A stretch of DNA of 64,000 nucleotides from an uncultured Verrucomicrobiota bacterium. Its GTDB lineage: Bacteria > Verrucomicrobiota > Kiritimatiellia > RFP12 > UBA1067. Made by a program: the position numbers and the translations under genes. Under the pieces are notes generated by a model. The model saw nothing but the letters and a program-made list of their open reading frames with translations. It did not search any database and was not told the origin of the DNA. The DNA lies in contig CAMGEN010000001.1 of the NCBI GenBank assembly GCA_946055075.1, positions 17,137 through 81,136 on the forward strand, given 5' to 3'. This document shows, in pieces, positions 56,542 to 64,000 of the stretch; the first letter of the stretch is position 1; every line of letters starts with the position of its first letter.

Positions 56542-57483
56542 ATGGTCTGGAAAGAGATAATCGCGAAGACTGTCGCTTATCTGGATGCCAAGGGCGTTCC
56601 TGATCCGGAGGTCTGTGCCGAGCTTATGGCGGCGCGGCTCCTCAAATGCGGAAGGGGAACGCTCGCGCCTTTTCTGGAGAAGGAGGCGGACGAGAAGCGC
56701 CTTGAGGCGATGCGCCGCGGCATGGCGCGTCTCGTTAAAGGCGAGCCGCTCCAGTATGTGCTTGGTGAATGGGATTTCCGCACGCTCACCTTGAAGTGCG
56801 ATCACCGCGCGCTCATTCCCCGTCCCGAGACGGAAGAGCTCGTCTCGCGGGTCTTGAAGTTCCTGCAAAGTCGAAAAGGTGATAGGGAACAGGTAACAGG
56901 CAACACAGAGGATGTTGAAGATTTCACTGTGCCGCCTGCCACCTGCCGCCTGCCGTCTACCCAACATCTCCCTGTCGTCGTCGATGTGGGGACCGGAACC
57001 GGTGCGATCATCCTGAGTCTTGCGAAGGAGTTCAAAGGCGGCGGTATCTTTCTCGGCACGGATGTGAGCGAGGAGGCGGTTGCGCTTGCGAAGGAGAATG
57101 CGGCGCTTACCGGACTTTCCGAGCGCGTGAAGTTTGCGGTGGCGGACGGCTTGGAGGATTTTGACGAGCCTGAGTGCATTGACGTCATCGTCTCCAATCC
57201 GCCATATATCGAATCCGCGGTTTGCGACACGCTGGATCCGCGGGTGAAGGATTTCGAGCCGCGGCTTGCTCTTGACGGAGGTGCTACGGGTCTTGACTTC
57301 TATGAACGTTATCTTGGCGACGCGCTGAATCTGCTGAAGCCGGGCGGCGCCGTGTTCTTCGAGATCGGCGAGAATCAGGGTCCGGCATTGCTTGAGCTTT
57401 TCGCCGATTACGGTTTCTCCGACGCGAAGATCGAAAAAGACTTTGCCGGACACGACCGCTACGCCTCCGCGATCCTCGCGTAA
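56542..57483 (+). CDS. prmC: release factor glutamine N5-methyltransferase PrmC (HemK)
   Basis: 313 aa. The VVDVGTGTGAI SAM motif and the catalytic VSNPPY. It has an in-frame insert (..GDREQVTGNTEDVEDFTVPPATCRLPSTQ..) encoded by heptamer repeats. Confidence 0.85.
   Translation: MVWKEIIAKTVAYLDAKGVPDPEVCAELMAARLLKCGRGTLAPFLEKEADEKRLEAMRRGMARLVKGEPLQYVLGEWDFRTLTLKCDHRALIPRPETEELVSRVLKFLQSRKGDREQVTGNTEDVEDFTVPPATCRLPSTQHLPVVVDVGTGTGAIILSLAKEFKGGGIFLGTDVSEEAVALAKENAALTGLSERVKFAVADGLEDFDEPECIDVIVSNPPYIESAVCDTLDPRVKDFEPRLALDGGATGLDFYERYLGDALNLLKPGGAVFFEIGENQGPALLELFADYGFSDAKIEKDFAGHDRYASAILA
56885..56955. repeat. two heptamer arrays (AACAGGY x3 and CTGCCRC x3.5) in-frame in prmC
   Basis: gggaacaggtaacaggcaacacag ... 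gccgcctgccacctgccgcctgccg. Confidence 0.55.
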
Positions 57484-57615
57484 CGGCTGTGTTGCGACGC
57501 TGCGGTGCATAGCTCCTCGCGGTTCCGCATCTCCCCCAAGCGAAGCGAGTCGCCGAAGGCGATGCCCAGGGGTGCGAGCCCGATAACCGCCCAACCCGCA
57601 CTTAACGAGTGTCCC

Positions 57616-57679
57616 CGACATGATTTCGATGCGCGCGCCTTCACGCGCGCCTTTTACCCTGGGGTTCGAAATCACGTCG
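57616..57679 (+). terminator. composite hairpin: GC-rich terminator (57631-57655) nested inside a 14-bp outer stem
   Basis: The inner stem gcgcgcg/cgcgcgc with loop ccttca is followed by cTTTT. The outer arms, cgacatgatttcga (57616-57629) and tcgaaatcacgtcg (57666-57679), have one mismatch. It sits 150 nt downstream of prmC, so an unrecognised small RNA is possible. Confidence 0.45.
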
Positions 57680-57851
57680 GACCCGTTAAGATGCTCTTGT
57701 GCGGCTATCGGCTCTCGCTCGCGTAACGAGGCTTCGCCCTGGTGGAGGGTTTAACTATTTGTTGGGCGAACTAATCGTTTAATGTAGCGTTTAGTTGTTG
57801 TGATTTTCAGATTGTTATCGTAGTTGAGATGTTTGATACCTCTAACTGATT

Positions 57852-57862
57852 TTTGGTATAAT
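57852..57862 (+). promoter_or_regulatory. extended -10 promoter TTTGGTATAAT; leaderless galM transcript
   Basis: TATAAT is at 57857-57862 and the ATG at 57869, 6 nt downstream. Confidence 0.5.
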
Positions 57863-57868
57863 TGCGGT

Positions 57869-58990
57869 ATGAAGAAGATCATGACCGCCGTTGTGTGCGC
57901 CGTGTGCGCCGTGTCCGTTTATTCCGAACCCTCTTTGTTCGGCAAGTTGTCCGACGGGACTGAGACGCATATCTGGAGGTATGCGTCGCCGAACGGGCTC
58001 ATCATGGACTTCACCGATTACGGCGGCCGGCTAGTGCGCGCGTATGCGCCGGACCGCTACGGCAATCTCGCGGACGTGACGCTCGGTTGGAATACGCCGC
58101 AGGAATACGAGACGCAGGGATTTTCAATGTCCACGCTGATCGGGCGCTTCGGTAACCGCATTAAGGACGGTAAGTTTGCGCTGGACGGCAAGGAGTATCA
58201 GTTGCCGATTAACGAAACCAAGCCTGCGCCACGTCACGGGAACTTGCATGGCGGTCCGTTGGGTTGGGATACGAAAGTGTGGTCCGCTAAGGAACTTGAG
58301 GATGGAGTTGAGTTCTCGCTGGTCTCACCTGATGGCGATATGGGGTTTCCTGGAACGGTGAAGGCGAAGGTTACCTATCGCGTGCTCCCTGGCAATGTTT
58401 GGTCAATCGATTACGAGGCGACTACCGACAAGCCGACTATCATCAATCTCACGCATCATTCCTACTGGAATCTCGCAGGTGAAGCGAGCGGCAGCGTGCT
58501 TGGTCAAGAGCTCAAGATCTTTGCGGATAAATATACGTCGACTGATGCCTCCCTGATTCCCGTGAAGGATCTTCCTGTCGCCGGCACGGGCTTTGATTTT
58601 ACTGATTGGAAGACGATTGGATATTACTCGAAGTGGATGTCTGAGCGGCCTGAGCTAGCGGCGATGGACAACTGGTATGACCATAACTTCGTCCTTCGTG
58701 GCGAAATCGGCAAGCTTCATGAAGCAGCGTTCATGCGTGATCCGGTTTCGGGACGCAAGCTTGAAATCTGGACGACAGAGCCCTGTATGCAGATGTACGG
58801 GGCGCAGAATATGAGCGGCAAACACGCCGCCAAGGAAGCGGGTAAGTTCTATAATAAGTTCCAGGGCGTCGCGTTGGAGACCCAGCATTATCCCGATTCG
58901 CCGAACCATCCCGAGTTCCCGTCCACTGTGCTTCGTCCCGGTGATATCTTCAGAAGTCACACAGAATATCGCTTTGGTGTGACAAAATGA
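57869..58990 (+). CDS. galM: aldose 1-epimerase (galactose mutarotase), secreted
   Basis: 374 aa from the ATG at 57869. A signal peptide and the mutarotase pattern (..GFPG.., HHSYWNL, FCLE-like). The ORF-track start at 57824 lies upstream of the promoter. Confidence 0.8.
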   Translation: MKKIMTAVVCAVCAVSVYSEPSLFGKLSDGTETHIWRYASPNGLIMDFTDYGGRLVRAYAPDRYGNLADVTLGWNTPQEYETQGFSMSTLIGRFGNRIKDGKFALDGKEYQLPINETKPAPRHGNLHGGPLGWDTKVWSAKELEDGVEFSLVSPDGDMGFPGTVKAKVTYRVLPGNVWSIDYEATTDKPTIINLTHHSYWNLAGEASGSVLGQELKIFADKYTSTDASLIPVKDLPVAGTGFDFTDWKTIGYYSKWMSERPELAAMDNWYDHNFVLRGEIGKLHEAAFMRDPVSGRKLEIWTTEPCMQMYGAQNMSGKHAAKEAGKFYNKFQGVALETQHYPDSPNHPEFPSTVLRPGDIFRSHTEYRFGVTK

Positions 58991-59011
58991 CACACCAAGA
59001 GGGCTTCAAAA

Positions 59012-59086
59012 GGGGACTGTCCCCGTTTTTAGGGGGACAGTCCCCTTTTTTGCCGTCTTTTTTACTTGTTTTAAGGGGACAGTCCC
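59012..59086. terminator. three copies of a perfect 13-bp palindrome GGGGAC(A/T)GTCCCC, two followed by T-runs (tandem/bidirectional terminators)
   Basis: ggggactgtcccc at 59012-59024 plus gttttt, ggggacagtcccc at 59033-59045 plus ttttttt, and ggggacagtcccc at 59074-59086. Confidence 0.6.
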
Positions 59087-59135
59087 CATCTGGCATGGTC
59101 TATGCTGATTGTGTGGGCGAAAGGAATAAACTAAC

Positions 59136-61211
59136 ATGAATGCGACCTATCAACCACCTGAAGACGAGAATTGCCTGGAGAAATACGGCACCGATCTTAC
59201 CGCGCTCGCAAGGAGCGGCAAGTTGGATCCGGTAATTGGACGTGACACTGAGATTCGCGATGCGATTAGGATTCTTTCCCGCAAGACCAAGAACAATCCC
59301 GTGTTGATCGGCGAGCCTGGCGTCGGTAAGACCGCCATCGTCGAAGGACTCGCCCAGCGGATTGTGCGCGGTGATGTGCCGGAAGGTCTTAAAGACCGTA
59401 TGGTCTTCTCGCTTGACATGACGGCGCTTCTTGCCGGCGCGTCTTATCGTGGACAGTTTGAGGAACGTCTTAAGGCGGTCCTTAAGAAGGTGAAGGATTC
59501 CGAGGGACGGATTATTCTTTTTATCGATGAAATCCATACTATCGTCGGCGCGGGTAAGACCGAAGGTAGTGCCGATGCCGGAAATATGCTCAAGCCGATG
59601 CTTGCCCGCGGCGAACTTCATTGCGTTGGTGCGACGACTCTTGACGAATACAGGCAGTATATGGAGAAGGACAAGGCGCTTGAGCGCCGTTTCCAGCCGG
59701 TGATGGTCGATCCTCCTTCGGAAGAGGATGCGATTTCGATACTCCGCGGGATTAAGGAGCGTTTTGAGAAATATCATAACGTCCATATTCGTGATGAGGC
59801 GCTGGTGAGTTCGGTTGTGCTTTCCGCGCGCTACATTCAGGATCGTTTCCTTCCGGATAAAGCGATCGATTTGCTCGATGAGGCTTGTGCGCGCATTCGC
59901 ACGGAGATGGATTCTTGTCCCCAGGAACTTGACGAAATCTCGCGACATGTGCGCCGTCTTGAAATTGAGGAGATTGCGCTCAAGAAGGAGAAGGACGAGG
60001 CATCGAAGAAGCGGCTTGAAGAACTGCAGAAGGAGCTCGCAACGCTTAAGGTTAAGAGCGATGCGATGACTACACAGTGGAAGGCCGAGAAGACTGCGCT
60101 TGAAGACGTGCGCAGGGTCCGTATGCGTCTTGACGAAGAACGTAATAAATGCGAGCAGGCGATCGCGAGCGGTGATAATGAGACTGCGGCGCGGCTCAAG
60201 TACGGAGTGATTCCGGAGCTCGAGAAGAAACTCAAGATCCATGAATGCGACCTCAAGAAGAATACGGCGAATACGCTCCTCAAGGAAGTAGTTGATGCGG
60301 ATGAGATTGCCGAGGTGGTCTCGCGCTGGAGTGGAATTCCAGTGACTAAGCTTCTGGAAGGAGAGCGCGAGAAGCTTGTGCGGCTGAGCGCGATTCTTCA
60401 TGAGCGCGTCATCGGACAGGATAAGGCGGTGGATGCCGTCGCCGACGCTGTGCTTCGTTCGCGTGCCGGGATCAAGAATCGTCAGCGTCCCGTTGGCGCT
60501 TTTCTGTTCCTCGGTCCGACCGGCGTCGGCAAGACCGAGCTCGCCAAGGCGCTTGCGAAAGAGCTTTTCGACGATGAGAACGCGATGGTGCGGCTCGACA
60601 TGTCGGAATACATGGAGAAGTTCGCGGTCTCGCGTCTTGTCGGCGCGCCGCCCGGATATGTCGGCTTTGAAGACGGCGGACAGCTTACGGAGGCCGTTCG
60701 CCGGAAGCAGTTCTCGGTCGTGCTGCTGGACGAAATTGAGAAGGCGCATCCAGATGTTTTCAATTTGCTACTGCAGGTGATGGATGACGGACGCCTTACC
60801 GACTCCCATGGTCGTACCGTCTCGTTCAAAAATACGGTCATTATCATGACCTCTAACGCGCCAAAGGCTTCGCTTAAGGACCTGTTCCGCCCCGAATTCC
60901 TTAATCGCGTGGACGAGATCCTTGAATTCGAACCGCTCACTCAGGATCAGATCCGTGAGATCGTGAAGCTGCAGCTCAGGGATTTTGAGAAGCGTCTCGC
61001 CGATCAGGAGCTGAAGCTCGCAGTCGACGAAGGCGCGATGGAGGTACTTGTGAAGGATGGATACGATCCTGCCTTTGGAGCGCGTCCCGTGAAGCGCGCG
61101 ATCCAGCGCGATCTCGAGACTCCCATTGCTCGCGCGATCGTTGCCGGTAAGTATCCGCCAGGTTCGCTGATCCGAGCTTCCGTCTCCGACTCCAAGATTG
61201 TGATACAATAA
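59136..61211 (+). CDS. clpB: ClpB-family AAA+ disaggregase lacking the N-terminal domain
   Basis: 691 aa. It begins directly at NBD1 ([42 protein letters not shown]) and has an M-domain coiled coil and an NBD2 ([15 protein letters not shown], sensor-2 [10 protein letters not shown]). An in-frame stop lies 9 nt upstream of the ATG. Confidence 0.85.
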   Translation: MNATYQPPEDENCLEKYGTDLTALARSGKLDPVIGRDTEIRDAIRILSRKTKNNPVLIGEPGVGKTAIVEGLAQRIVRGDVPEGLKDRMVFSLDMTALLAGASYRGQFEERLKAVLKKVKDSEGRIILFIDEIHTIVGAGKTEGSADAGNMLKPMLARGELHCVGATTLDEYRQYMEKDKALERRFQPVMVDPPSEEDAISILRGIKERFEKYHNVHIRDEALVSSVVLSARYIQDRFLPDKAIDLLDEACARIRTEMDSCPQELDEISRHVRRLEIEEIALKKEKDEASKKRLEELQKELATLKVKSDAMTTQWKAEKTALEDVRRVRMRLDEERNKCEQAIASGDNETAARLKYGVIPELEKKLKIHECDLKKNTANTLLKEVVDADEIAEVVSRWSGIPVTKLLEGEREKLVRLSAILHERVIGQDKAVDAVADAVLRSRAGIKNRQRPVGAFLFLGPTGVGKTELAKALAKELFDDENAMVRLDMSEYMEKFAVSRLVGAPPGYVGFEDGGQLTEAVRRKQFSVVLLDEIEKAHPDVFNLLLQVMDDGRLTDSHGRTVSFKNTVIIMTSNAPKASLKDLFRPEFLNRVDEILEFEPLTQDQIREIVKLQLRDFEKRLADQELKLAVDEGAMEVLVKDGYDPAFGARPVKRAIQRDLETPIARAIVAGKYPPGSLIRASVSDSKIVIQ

Positions 61212-61250
61212 CCATATAATCATGCAGCCTTGTAACTCTGTGACATCCCT

Positions 61251-61886
61251 TTGAACGAGAAGATATTTATAGTCGAAGACGATGCGACGATCAGGACGCT
61301 CCTAGAAATGGCGTTGGAGGGCGCCGGATACCGGGGTGTCCGTTCGTTTGCGCGCGGCGATGACGGACTCGATGCGATTCGTTTCGAGAAGCCCGATCTC
61401 GTGCTTCTCGATGTGATGCTGCCAGGTATTGATGGTCTTGGTGTGGCGTCGAGGATTCGCGCTAATCCTGAGCTTGCGGGCGTCAAGATCATCATGCTGA
61501 CCGCGCGCGTGCAACCTGAAGACATCATCCGCGGACTGGATGCTGGTGCCGATGATTATGTTACCAAGCCCTTTGATCGCAAGGTGCTCCTGGCGAGAAT
61601 CCGCTCGGTGTTGCGAAGAGGTTTGCCGGTTATCGAAGGCGTAGATTTTGACGGACTGATGATTGATGAGGCCTCGAAGGTCGCGAAGCTTGATGGCAAG
61701 GCGCTCGAGCTGACGGCGGGTGAATTCTCGATGTTAGTGCGTCTTGTTGCGCATCGTGGGAGAGTTATGCAACGCTCAGCCGATGAACGGACCGTTGATG
61801 TGCAGATCGCCAAGCTTCGACAGAAGCTCGGATCTTGGGCGGAGCATATTGAGACCGTGAGGGGAATCGGGTACAGGGTGCAGTGA
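61251..61886 (+). CDS. OmpR/PhoB-family response regulator
   Basis: 211 aa with a TTG start. A receiver domain (IVEDD...LVLLDVMLPGIDG...KIIMLTAR) plus a winged-helix domain (LTAGEFSMLVRLVAHRGRV). Confidence 0.8.
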   Translation: MNEKIFIVEDDATIRTLLEMALEGAGYRGVRSFARGDDGLDAIRFEKPDLVLLDVMLPGIDGLGVASRIRANPELAGVKIIMLTARVQPEDIIRGLDAGADDYVTKPFDRKVLLARIRSVLRRGLPVIEGVDFDGLMIDEASKVAKLDGKALELTAGEFSMLVRLVAHRGRVMQRSADERTVDVQIAKLRQKLGSWAEHIETVRGIGYRVQ

Positions 61887-61926
61887 GGAACGAGGAATTA
61901 TGAATGAGGAATGAATGAAGGAAGGT
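61886..61926. repeat. GGAATGA-type heptamer array (reverse complement of the CATTCCC family) overlapping the kinase start
   Basis: gaggaacgaggaattatgaatgaggaatgaatgaaggaagg. Confidence 0.55.
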
Positions 61927-62612
61927 CGGGTTTGAAAAGGTTGAAGGGATATCGAGGGCTGGTGATTGTGAGCGTCGCGCTGGTCGCGATGATGGGGCTT
62001 TTTGTTTTTGAAGGGACGAGACTGTATCGGCGGACCGTGGATTACGCGTGGCAGGATCTGCATGCGAGGGCCGAACTTGCGGCGCTGGTGCTGGAGGAGC
62101 CGCTTCGGACGCAGGACTTCAAGAAGATCCGCGAATTCGCCGATGACTGCAAGGCGAAAGATATCCGTTTCGGAATCTTTCACCATGACGGCGGAAATTT
62201 CTTTGGAGTAGTCGGCGTCGATGAGGATCTGTCGGCTTCGCAGGATTGTGGCGAATTCAGGATCCGCCTCGGCATCAACGGGAAGAAGATCCTGCTGCCG
62301 TTTCTCGGATCGCTCGCGCTTGCGGGTCTCGCGTTTCTCGTCGGTGTCGCTGGGATGCTCTTCGTCTTCTACGCCTTTTACCGGCAGCGCGCGAAGCTCG
62401 CCGACATGAAGCGGCTCGAGAAGGAACGTTACGATTTCGTAACCGAGTTTACCCATAATCTCAAGACGCCGCTTACTGGCATCATCGCCGCGGCAGACAT
62501 GATGGGGGGTGACAAGCTTGCCGACATGATCAAATCTTCCGCGCATCGTCTCGACCAGCTAGCCCAGGATCTGATCAATGTTTACTGGGGCCGGAAAACT
62601 GACGATCGTTAA
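61911..62612 (+). CDS. sensor histidine kinase lacking the HATPase_c catalytic domain (TM-sensor-TM-HisKA only)
   Basis: 233 aa. Two TM helices flank a periplasmic segment. The H-box EFTHNLKTPLTGI is present. The protein ends about 40 aa after the H-box, and the next gene starts 60 nt later. Confidence 0.6.
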   Translation: MNEGRSGLKRLKGYRGLVIVSVALVAMMGLFVFEGTRLYRRTVDYAWQDLHARAELAALVLEEPLRTQDFKKIREFADDCKAKDIRFGIFHHDGGNFFGVVGVDEDLSASQDCGEFRIRLGINGKKILLPFLGSLALAGLAFLVGVAGMLFVFYAFYRQRAKLADMKRLEKERYDFVTEFTHNLKTPLTGIIAAADMMGGDKLADMIKSSAHRLDQLAQDLINVYWGRKTDDR

Positions 62613-62632
62613 CATTTCGTTAACAATCCATA

Positions 62633-62640
62633 TGTATAAT
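62633..62640 (+). promoter_or_regulatory. extended -10 (TGTATAAT) upstream of the lipoprotein gene
   Basis: TGnTATAAT at 62633-62640, then SD AAGGAGG at 62659-62665 and the ATG at 62673. Confidence 0.4.
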
Positions 62641-62672
62641 TCATGGCGTAAACTTGAAAAGGAGGAAACGTC

Positions 62673-63536
62673 ATGAAGAAAAAAGACATAGCAATTATGA
62701 TAGGTGCGGTTGCAGTTGTGGTCGCATTGATGGAGACTGCCTGCGCGCGGAACGAAAGCGCTGGCACGCAGAACAAGTCTAGCGAAGTCGGTATCGTCAC
62801 TAACGACAACGGCAGTGTCTCGCGTACCTATGTAGAATCGTCGGTGACGACCAACGGTAATATGGTCACGGAGCATCGTCGCGAGACGCGTACCACGCTC
62901 GACACCGACGGCAACATGCTCGCAACGACGACGAGCGAATATGCTCAGAGTTATCCCGTTGGCGACGTTTGGGGCGAAGCGAAATCGGACGGAGGCAAGC
63001 AGCAGACGGCGAAACCGGATGATAAGGCCGCCGTGGTCAACGATTCCTTTATGGGGCTGACGTTCGGCAAGGTGTTCTCTGGTACCAACTTGGTGTCCGA
63101 TTCCGAGGAGCCGACGCTGCTACGCGCCAAGTTCGTGCCAAAGAAGCCGCTCGCCGGATTTGACGACTATTACGTTTTTGTTACGCCTACTTCGCATAAA
63201 GTCGCCAAGGTCTACGCCTGCGCGAAGGATGTGATCGAACCCGGCGCCCGCTGGCGGCGTCATTATCTCGTTGAGGCATTGGAGAAACGCTATCAGACCT
63301 GGGCACGACTCTGCAGCTTTTCGCGTCCATGCTATGCCTTCGATCTTGGAGATTCCCGCTATGTGACGGCGTGTCTTGCGGGTGCGTCACGCAGTTATGA
63401 GACGATTCTTGCCGGTTGGGATGAAAATGTGTTGATTGAGGCGGCAGAGGAGATGCAGGCGATTCGCGAGGAGGCCCGCAAGACTGCCGCGGAAAAGCGC
63501 GCGAACCGCGTGAGCGAAGCGGCGGAGGCGTTCTGA
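62673..63536 (+). CDS. lipoprotein, hypothetical
   Basis: 287 aa. A signal peptide with lipobox (LMETAC) and no recognisable domain. Confidence 0.55.
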   Translation: MKKKDIAIMIGAVAVVVALMETACARNESAGTQNKSSEVGIVTNDNGSVSRTYVESSVTTNGNMVTEHRRETRTTLDTDGNMLATTTSEYAQSYPVGDVWGEAKSDGGKQQTAKPDDKAAVVNDSFMGLTFGKVFSGTNLVSDSEEPTLLRAKFVPKKPLAGFDDYYVFVTPTSHKVAKVYACAKDVIEPGARWRRHYLVEALEKRYQTWARLCSFSRPCYAFDLGDSRYVTACLAGASRSYETILAGWDENVLIEAAEEMQAIREEARKTAAEKRANRVSEAAEAF

Positions 63537-63643
63537 TGCAGGGAGCAGTGATCAGTGAATGATCTCCATGTTTACTGTTTGCTTGTGCCCTTGTGATTCC
63601 GTGTGATATAATTCTGGGAAAGATCTCAAATTAAGATACACTA

Positions 63644-64000
63644 TGTTGAAAGTTACGAATCTGAAGAAGCGCTTCGGCGACTTCGAGGCCGTGAAGGGGA
63701 TATCCTTCGAGGTCAAGCAGGGTGAGGTGCTCGGGTTCCTCGGACCCAACGGCGCTGGTAAATCGACGACTATGCGGATGATCACGGGGTTCCTCCCCGC
63801 GACGTCCGGAACTGCGGCGATTTGCGGACACGATATAGCATCCGATCCGGTCGGCGCGAAGGCTTGTCTCGGGTATTTGCCAGAATCGGCTCCGAGCTAT
63901 CGGTCGATGTCGGTTGAGGATTATCTCAAGTTCGTCGCCGAAGTCCGCGGACTCAACGTGAAGGACGCGGTCGAGAAGGTGATTGCGAAGGCGAAGCTCG
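63644..64000 (+). CDS. ABC transporter ATP-binding protein (ABC-2 type), 3'-partial
   Basis: Walker A GPNGAGKSTT. It continues beyond the window end. Confidence 0.8.

Noticed and set aside
57540-57640. Possible RNase P P4-like sequence (AACCCGCACUUA)
   Set aside because: No GGAAAGUCCGGGCUCC 5' half anywhere nearby, and the region is too short.
57661-57748. tRNA-like / tmRNA-like elements (GGGGTTCGAAATC and a CTCCACCA complement)
   Set aside because: No T-stem pairing and no acceptor/T-arm geometry. The tag-reading frames do not end in an ALAA-like sequence. It is a likely coincidence within a hairpin-rich spacer.
13771-61926. CRISPR array hypothesis for the short tandem repeats
   Set aside because: Units are 7-8 bp with no spacers. 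Arrays are 20-70 bp, many lie inside coding frames, and there are no cas genes.

Overview
The window is a high-GC (about 58-62%) Gram-negative chromosome segment, plausibly from the PVC superphylum (Lentisphaerota or Kiritimatiellota-like). The cues for that guess are lptD/lpxK, FGE-sulfatase-domain lipoproteins, a split class I fumarase, and Sel1 proteins.

The backbone is dense, mostly plus-strand housekeeping. It holds a complete cell-shape cluster (mreBCD, PBP2, rodA, rng), then lptD and lpxK, and an exopolysaccharide locus (Wza-like exporter, beta-barrel OMP, Wzy-like polymerase, Wzc-like tyrosine kinase, rfbB, ugd, gmd, fcl). It also carries argS, proS, rsmB, prmC, queD, a ThrH-like phosphatase, an AICARFT-only PurH-like gene, an N-domain-less ClpB, and a two-component pair whose kinase lacks its ATPase domain.

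The outstanding feature is a low-GC island of about 8.3 kb (37.2-45.6 kb) inserted after an mscS terminator. A disrupted Fic gene is followed by a tightly packed six-gene operon driven by a leaderless TTTGGTATAAT promoter. The genes are a CARF-sensor/wHTH protein, a HEPN-SAM methyltransferase fusion, a compact UvrD-like SF1 ATPase, a 608-aa unknown protein, a DUF1848-like Cys-cluster protein and a small HEPN protein. I read this as a candidate standalone cyclic-oligonucleotide-sensing defence module with no cas10/CD-NTase partner in the window.

A second unusual genome-wide signal is several families of short degenerate heptanucleotide (and related) tandem repeats. They occur intergenically and, strikingly, as in-frame insertions inside conserved enzymes (2-hydroxyacid DH, rfbB, ugd, argS, fumarase beta, proS, rsmB, prmC).

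Other points are a perfect 625-bp direct duplication of a lipoprotein module flanking an FGE-domain lipoprotein gene, a triple 13-bp palindrome terminator, and two paralogous DUF3127 proteins with SSB-like C-terminal tails. No rRNA, tRNA or CRISPR array was recognised.
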